Below the pieces are notes generated by a model, which did no database searches, was not told the origin of the DNA, and saw only the letters and a list, made by a program, of their open reading frames with translations. A program made the translations under genes and the position numbers. From assembly GCA_963664405.1 (NCBI GenBank), contig OY761158.1, positions 1,184,001 through 1,248,000 on the forward strand: 64,000 nt of DNA, given 5' to 3'. The DNA is from Thermoanaerobaculia bacterium (GTDB lineage: Bacteria; Acidobacteriota; Thermoanaerobaculia; Multivoradales; Multivoraceae). Shown here in pieces: positions 59,179 through 64,000 of the stretch; the stretch's first letter is position 1; every line of letters starts with the position of its first letter.

Positions 59179-60117
59179 ATGAGCGAAGCCTTCGACACCC
59201 CGTTCTATCTCTGCGGGCCTCTTCGGTCGCCGAAACAGATGCTCGCCGACCAGGAATATGGTGGCCACGAATCGATACACGACGACAAGATGGCCGAGAA
59301 TCTAGGGTTCCGCGGTGCTCCGATCGAAGGGCCCACCCACTTCAGCCAATTCGTACCGCTGTTGGCCGATCTGTGGGGGAACGAGTGGTTCGAGACCGGC
59401 TGTCTGAGCGCGCACTATCGCAACGCCGTGGTCGAGGGTGAAGAAGTTCGCGCCTTCGTCGAGCGGCCGGGGGACGGTCAGACCCTGGTGCAGATTCGAG
59501 CGGAGAAGGGCGACGGCACGGAGGTCCTCATCGGCACCGCCTCAGTCGGTAGCGATGCACCCGAATCCGAGCTCGAGCGTCGGCTCGCCAAGCTTCGTCC
59601 GCCTGAGCAGCTGGTCATCCTGCGCGACCTGGAGGTCGGCATGCGCGGCGCGGAGATCGAGGAGGTGCGGATGGATTTCGACCAGCATATGGGGAACATG
59701 TATCCATTCACGCTCAACCGGAAGCTCGAAGTCATCACCGAGTCGACGCCCTGGTACACCAAAGAGGGTGGGGCGGGCTCCCCCTGGGGCCGCGCGATCA
59801 TGCCGCTCGAGATGGTCAGCGTGCTTGCTGGGTACAGCACAGGCAAGGCTGGTTTCAAGACCCGTGGCCCAGCCGTCGGTCTCTTTGCCGGTCAACAGAT
59901 TCGCATGATCAAGGGGCCGCTCTTCGTCGGCGAGGACTACCTCATCGATCGCGAGATCATCGCCCTCAGTGAGAGTCGACGTACCGAGTCCAACTGGGTC
60001 AAGACCTCGATCCGCCAGCCCGGCTCGAACGCACTCCTGGCCGAGATGATCCTCAACGGCGCCACGCTCAAGGAGTCGTACGCCAACTACGCGAAGGAGC
60101 TGGCTGAGCTGGCCTGA
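59179..60117 (+). CDS. Conserved protein with probable double hot-dog (MaoC-like) fold
   Basis: AAGGAG SD; SIHDD..A..LGF..APIEG hydratase-like motif; second strand-rich repeat. Confidence 0.65.
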   Translation: MSEAFDTPFYLCGPLRSPKQMLADQEYGGHESIHDDKMAENLGFRGAPIEGPTHFSQFVPLLADLWGNEWFETGCLSAHYRNAVVEGEEVRAFVERPGDGQTLVQIRAEKGDGTEVLIGTASVGSDAPESELERRLAKLRPPEQLVILRDLEVGMRGAEIEEVRMDFDQHMGNMYPFTLNRKLEVITESTPWYTKEGGAGSPWGRAIMPLEMVSVLAGYSTGKAGFKTRGPAVGLFAGQQIRMIKGPLFVGEDYLIDREIIALSESRRTESNWVKTSIRQPGSNALLAEMILNGATLKESYANYAKELAELA

Positions 60118-60125
60118 ACTTCCAG

Positions 60126-60659
60126 TTGTTCTTGAGCGGTCTGAGAGAAACGATGGCCGACGCGATCGCGTCGAGCCCACTGCGCGATCTGGCGATCTAT
60201 CTGCTGCGCAACGTGCCCGGCCTGCCACCGATCATCCAATCGGTGCACATTCTGGGCATCGCCGCGATCATGGCGTCGACGATCATGATCGATCTCAGAA
60301 TCCTGGGAGTCGCGGTCCCGAGCCAGCGCGTCGACGAGATGGTGAAACGCCTGATGCCGTGGACGTGGTGGGCTCTGCTCTCCAACTTCCTCACCGGTCT
60401 ACCCTTCGTCCTCGCCCGGCCCGGAAAATACTTCTTCAACCCTGTGTTCGCATGGAAGATCACCTTCCTGGTGCCGGCAGTCCTGTTGGCGCTAGCGGTT
60501 CATCGCCTGACCTCTCGTGAAGAGGGCTACTGGGAACAATCCTCGCTACGCCGAGCCTGCGCCAAGGCGATTGCGGGACTCTCTCTGGTGCTGTGGCTCG
60601 GGGTCGTCATGGCTGGGCGATGGGTTGCCTATTCGGATTACCTCTTCTGGTCCGAATGA
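60126..60659 (+). CDS. DUF6644-like membrane protein (copy 1)
   Basis: QSVHILG..IDLRILG, NPVF..K, GRW; four TM helices. Confidence 0.75.
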   Translation: MFLSGLRETMADAIASSPLRDLAIYLLRNVPGLPPIIQSVHILGIAAIMASTIMIDLRILGVAVPSQRVDEMVKRLMPWTWWALLSNFLTGLPFVLARPGKYFFNPVFAWKITFLVPAVLLALAVHRLTSREEGYWEQSSLRRACAKAIAGLSLVLWLGVVMAGRWVAYSDYLFWSE

Positions 60660-60677
60660 GGCGCAGCCACTAAAAAG

Positions 60678-61166
60678 ATGCCTATCTCCGAGTTATGGCT
60701 CTGGCTGGAGGGTCTCCCCCTCTCCCAGGACATCGGCATAAGCTGGTGGTTTCCCTTTCTGGAGTCGATCCACGTGGTGGCCATAACCTTCCTGGTGGGG
60801 TCGATCCTGATGGTCGACCTGCGCCTGCTCGGCGTCACTGCTCTGGGCTACGCAGCCAGCCGCATCACCCGCGAGCTCGTCCCGTGGACCTGGGGCGCCT
60901 TCGTTCTCTCCCTGCCCACCGGCTTCGGGATGTTCATGACCCGCGCCGCCCACTATGCGGGGAACCCGGCATTCCAGATCAAGATGATCTTTCTCCTGCT
61001 CGCCGGTGCCAACATGGCCCTCTTTCAGTTCCGCTCGATAAAGAACATCGAGTCGTGGGATGACGCCAAGGCGACTCCCCTGGCCGCCAGAATCGCGGGC
61101 GCGGCATCGCTTCTCCTCTGGGCCGGCGTCATCTTCGCCGGCCGATGGACCGGGCACCTGAACTAG
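60678..61166 (+). CDS. DUF6644-like membrane protein (copy 2)
   Basis: ESIHVV..VDLRLLG, NPAF..K, GRW; tandem paralog. Confidence 0.78.
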   Translation: MPISELWLWLEGLPLSQDIGISWWFPFLESIHVVAITFLVGSILMVDLRLLGVTALGYAASRITRELVPWTWGAFVLSLPTGFGMFMTRAAHYAGNPAFQIKMIFLLLAGANMALFQFRSIKNIESWDDAKATPLAARIAGAASLLLWAGVIFAGRWTGHLN

Positions 61167-61202
61167 CCGAGGAAAATGATGAATATCATTTCCCTCGGCT
61201 AG
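61163..61202. repeat. 40-bp CTAG-bounded hairpin between convergent genes (terminator or mini-element)
   Basis: CTAGCCGAGGAAAATGAT-GAAT-ATCATTTCCCTCGGCTAG, 17 of 18 positions paired. Confidence 0.7.
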
Positions 61203-61310
61203 TTGTCGTTTGGCGCCGAGAACGGCGCACTCGGGCTTCGCTTCCTATCCGCTTCGGGCAGCGGTTTCCTACCGCGCAGACTCCTAGCGTCGCAGCGCCG
61301 AGGTCAGCGT

Positions 61311-61967
61311 CTACTGGGAGGGGAAACCCTCCGTCTCCATCACCTCGATCATCTGACGTGAGTGGCGGACCGTATGGAGAGGCACGTAGAGCACCCAGTC
61401 GTAGGCGCTCAGGGTGTTGAAGATCGGGAAGGGATGCTCGGAGGTGTGGGATTTGAGCGGATCGTCGGTCTCTCTGATGAACTTCTCGATCTCGTCATAG
61501 AGCTCCGAGAAGCGTTCGACGATGGCGTGGCGGCCGATCTCACCGCTGGGCCTGACCTCCATCGGGGCGGTGGCGCCGCCTTGACCCGCAGGCTGGCGGT
61601 TGGGCATGACCTGGAGTAGGAGCTGCGACTTCCCCTGGGTCTTCTCCTTCCAGTCGGCGTTCATCCCGGCATCGAGCGCCTCCTTGGCGGAGGTGAAGAG
61701 GGCCTCGTTGGAGCGGAGGATGTGCTCGGCGCATTCACCCACCGACCAGCGGTCCTCGTTCGGCTTCCACTTCCACTGAGCGTCCGAGGTACCGGCGAGA
61801 AGCTCCAGATACTGGGCTCGCGACTCTGCCATGAGATCCATTAACTGCGTCCGCTCTTCTTCGGTGATCTTGGCCTCCGGGTCGTTGGTGGCAGCGAGGA
61901 CGAGGGCGCTGGGGAGTGACATCGCCAGACAAAGGCTAAGGATGATTCGGTGATTGTTGGAGCTCAT
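61311..61967 (-). CDS. Secreted DinB/YfiT family protein
   Basis: Signal peptide; WSVGECAEH, HPFP, HTVRH. Confidence 0.85.
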   Translation of the reverse strand: MSSNNHRIILSLCLAMSLPSALVLAATNDPEAKITEEERTQLMDLMAESRAQYLELLAGTSDAQWKWKPNEDRWSVGECAEHILRSNEALFTSAKEALDAGMNADWKEKTQGKSQLLLQVMPNRQPAGQGGATAPMEVRPSGEIGRHAIVERFSELYDEIEKFIRETDDPLKSHTSEHPFPIFNTLSAYDWVLYVPLHTVRHSRQMIEVMETEGFPSQ

Positions 61968-62018
61968 GTCTTCCTCTTCTCAATCCGGGAGTCTGTCAGA
62001 TCTGATGAAGGGCAGCCG

Positions 62019-62047
62019 CTAGTGTTGTGCCTCCGACATGGCACTAG
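62019..62047. repeat. Collapsed derivative of the copy-A MITE (ends only)
   Basis: CTAGTGTTGTGCCTCCGACATGGCACTAG; each end resembles the copy-A TIR (12/15 and 11/14). Confidence 0.5.
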
Positions 62048-62091
62048 GAGGTGACGGCGGGCTGAGTAGCAAGTATCCTGTCGCCTGAGCG

Positions 62092-63093
62092 ATGCGATAC
62101 GGGCTGATCCTCAACAGTAGAACCGTACCCGGCGATGTCGAGCTTGCGCGCCGCGCCGAGGCGGCGGGCTTCGACGCGGTGCTCGAGCCCGAGTTCTTCA
62201 ACCGCAACGCGCTGGTGCGAATCGCCTCGATCGCCGCTGCGACCGAGAAGATCCTGGTTGGGAGTGGAATCGCCAACAGCTTCACCCGATCCCCGGTGGT
62301 GTTGGCCAACGCCGCGCTGGACCTCGACGAAGCCAGCGAGGGACGTCTCATCCTGGGTTTGGGCACCGGTCTGCATCGTATGAACGTGGATTGGTACGGC
62401 GTGCCCTTCTCGAAGCCGGTCTCACAATCCCGCGAGCTCTTCGCCCTTCTGCGCTACGCCTTCGCCAATCATGGGCCAGGCTTCGCTTGGTCGGGTGAGT
62501 TCTACCAGCACAAGATCCCCGCCTACAGTCGACAGACCATTATCCGCCCCGACATCCCGCTGTGGCTGGCGGCGGTGGGCCGGGGCATGACCCGGGCGGC
62601 AGGCGAGTTCGCTGACGGCCTGGTCGGGCATCCGGTCCACACGCTGAAGTGGCACCGCGAGGTCACCCTGCCTCTACTCCAGGAGTCAGAGGAGAAGGCC
62701 GGGCGCAACGCGGGAGCCTGCCCGCTCTTTCCCTACCTCGTCACCTCCATTCAGGAGGATCGTGAGGTCGCGATCCGGGATGCCAAGAAGCAGATCGGCT
62801 TCTCGTTCACGGTCAAGCACTACTGGCAGATCCTCGACCTCCACGGAATGGAAGAGATCGGCCGCGAATGCCGTCGCCATCTGGCGAGCTTCGATCTCGA
62901 GGCGATGGCCGACGCCGTTCCCGATGCCCTGGTCGACGAGATCGCCATGGCCTGTACCCCCGATGAAGTGGTGGACCGGCTCGCCGCCTGGCGGGAGCTG
63001 ACACCGATGGTTCTCTTCCACCCCACCTCGATCGGGGTTCCGGCGGAGAGGGTTGCGGCCTGCACCGACCACCTCTTCGAGAGCCTCGCCTGA
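62092..63093 (+). CDS. Luciferase-like (LLM) flavin/F420-dependent oxidoreductase
   Basis: AEAAGFD, GSGIAN.FTRSP, SEGRLILGLGTG, LAAVG, ADG. Confidence 0.88.
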   Translation: MRYGLILNSRTVPGDVELARRAEAAGFDAVLEPEFFNRNALVRIASIAAATEKILVGSGIANSFTRSPVVLANAALDLDEASEGRLILGLGTGLHRMNVDWYGVPFSKPVSQSRELFALLRYAFANHGPGFAWSGEFYQHKIPAYSRQTIIRPDIPLWLAAVGRGMTRAAGEFADGLVGHPVHTLKWHREVTLPLLQESEEKAGRNAGACPLFPYLVTSIQEDREVAIRDAKKQIGFSFTVKHYWQILDLHGMEEIGRECRRHLASFDLEAMADAVPDALVDEIAMACTPDEVVDRLAAWRELTPMVLFHPTSIGVPAERVAACTDHLFESLA

Positions 63094-63108
63094 TCGGCGC
63101 CGAGAGAG

Positions 63109-63795
63109 CTAGTCGTCCTCGACGATCGGGTTCACGGTGAACGGCACCCAAGCCATCCGATCGTCCCAGAAGATCGCAAGCTTGCCACCTTCGTCGCTCA
63201 TGTCGAGAAACTGCCACGACAGCTGGTCGAGCACGTAGGGGAGGCGCCGAGCTCCATCTCTGTGCGAACAAGATCGCGGTCCGCAGTGTAGTAATAGGCG
63301 CCGAACAGCGCCTCCTTATTGTCGTAGTCGTAGACCTTCTGAGCTGGCCAGGCAGAGACGATCAGGGTCCACGAGTCGTTGCCGAGCTCGATGAAGAGCG
63401 TGTACTCCCCCGCTTCGATTCGTGCACCGCCGACGACAAGCGGTACCTCGGTGATCAGTCGGGTCGTGTAATTGGCGCCGGCGCGCCAGACCTCGGCACC
63501 GTCGTTGAGCGCCTCGATCCAGTCGTCGGGGCCAAAGATCACGGCCACGCTTGATCGGTCTACCGTACTCGATCTCGATCCACTTCCCCTGGATGTAGCC
63601 CACGCGCTCGTCGTAGCGACCGAGAACCTCGGTTGCGGAAGAGCCGGCGGGACTGGCGCGCCGTTGCTGAGCCTGGCAGGGGGTCGTGACCGCGAGCGCG
63701 AGCGCCGCCGCGGCGATCAAACGGGGGCGGAGGGCAGAGCCAGGTTCCAGCAGCAGCAACGAGCTCCTCGAGCTGTTCTCGGACTCACGGATCAT
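63109..63795 (-). CDS. DUF2911 family secreted protein with two frameshifts; start uncertain
   Basis: RASP, IEYGRP.KRGR, then VWRAGAN, AGEYTLF, then DQLSWQF...W..RMA; frames switch at about 63537 and about 63243. Confidence 0.75.
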
Positions 63796-63883
63796 CCGCT
63801 ACGAAGACGAGATGGCGGTCGCCGATTTCGGGCAACAGAACGTTCGTGTGGTGCAACTCGCCGCAATGAAGGCGGATTCCTAG
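63752..63883 (+). pseudogene. Possible 3' stub of a SAM-methyltransferase gene
   Basis: SNELLELFSDSRIIRYED..VADFG...RVVQLAA.K resembles TehB-like C-termini; no 5' part present. Confidence 0.4.
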
Positions 63884-64000
63884 CCCCGGAAAACGGGAAC
63901 CGCGATCGGAAAGTCGACATCGGCATAGACCGCGAGCGAATCGGCAATCTCGTCGCCAGCCCACCCGGCCTCGTGCAGCTTGCTCTCGATCTCCTGCTTA
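63880..64000 (-). CDS. Partial ORF entering from the window edge, DUF5671-protein N-terminus-like and apparently truncated
   Basis: KQEIESKLHEAGW...YADVDFPIAVPVFRG*. Confidence 0.4.
   Translation of the reverse strand, partial: KQEIESKLHEAGWAGDEIADSLAVYADVDFPIAVPVFRG

Noticed and set aside
16785-63540. Frameshifts at about 16790, 55211, 63243 and 63537 as programmed frameshifting
   Set aside because: All are 1-nt indels in short homopolymers without slippery heptamers; long-read consensus error is the simpler explanation

Overview
GC-rich (about 65% by eye) bacterial chromosomal window. Gene content suggests a marine Acidobacteriota-like heterotroph; this is inference only. No rRNA, tRNA, CRISPR array, transposase or phage gene was seen. 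2-15.8 kb is a surface-glycosylation locus: two GT-C-type membrane transferases, a GT2, a flippase, an epimerase, DegT proteins, a reversed HldE-like enzyme, a GNAT, a sulfotransferase and two methyltransferases. The rest is a patchwork of catabolic, detoxification and secreted-protein genes (purD, RPH/PPS-like dikinase, extradiol dioxygenase, DMFase-like, sulfatase, ThDP enzyme, FadB-like, four GSTs, ydiU/selO, PQQ-GDH fused to cytochrome c, two DUF3604-like paralogs), interspersed with truncated gene stubs. Main signals not visible in the ORF track: (1) a secreted iodothyronine-deiodinase-like selenoprotein (in-frame UGA plus SECIS-like hairpin) fused to an nDsbD-like dithiol domain and EF-hands (54322-55703); (2) a G-type halohydrin dehalogenase with a variant motif, sharing a symmetric divergent promoter with a GST; (3) a CTAG-bounded MITE-like family whose two full copies share a covarying structured core but have different terminal repeats; (4) recurrent leaderless promoters. 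Several single-base indels in short homopolymers are probably long-read consensus errors.
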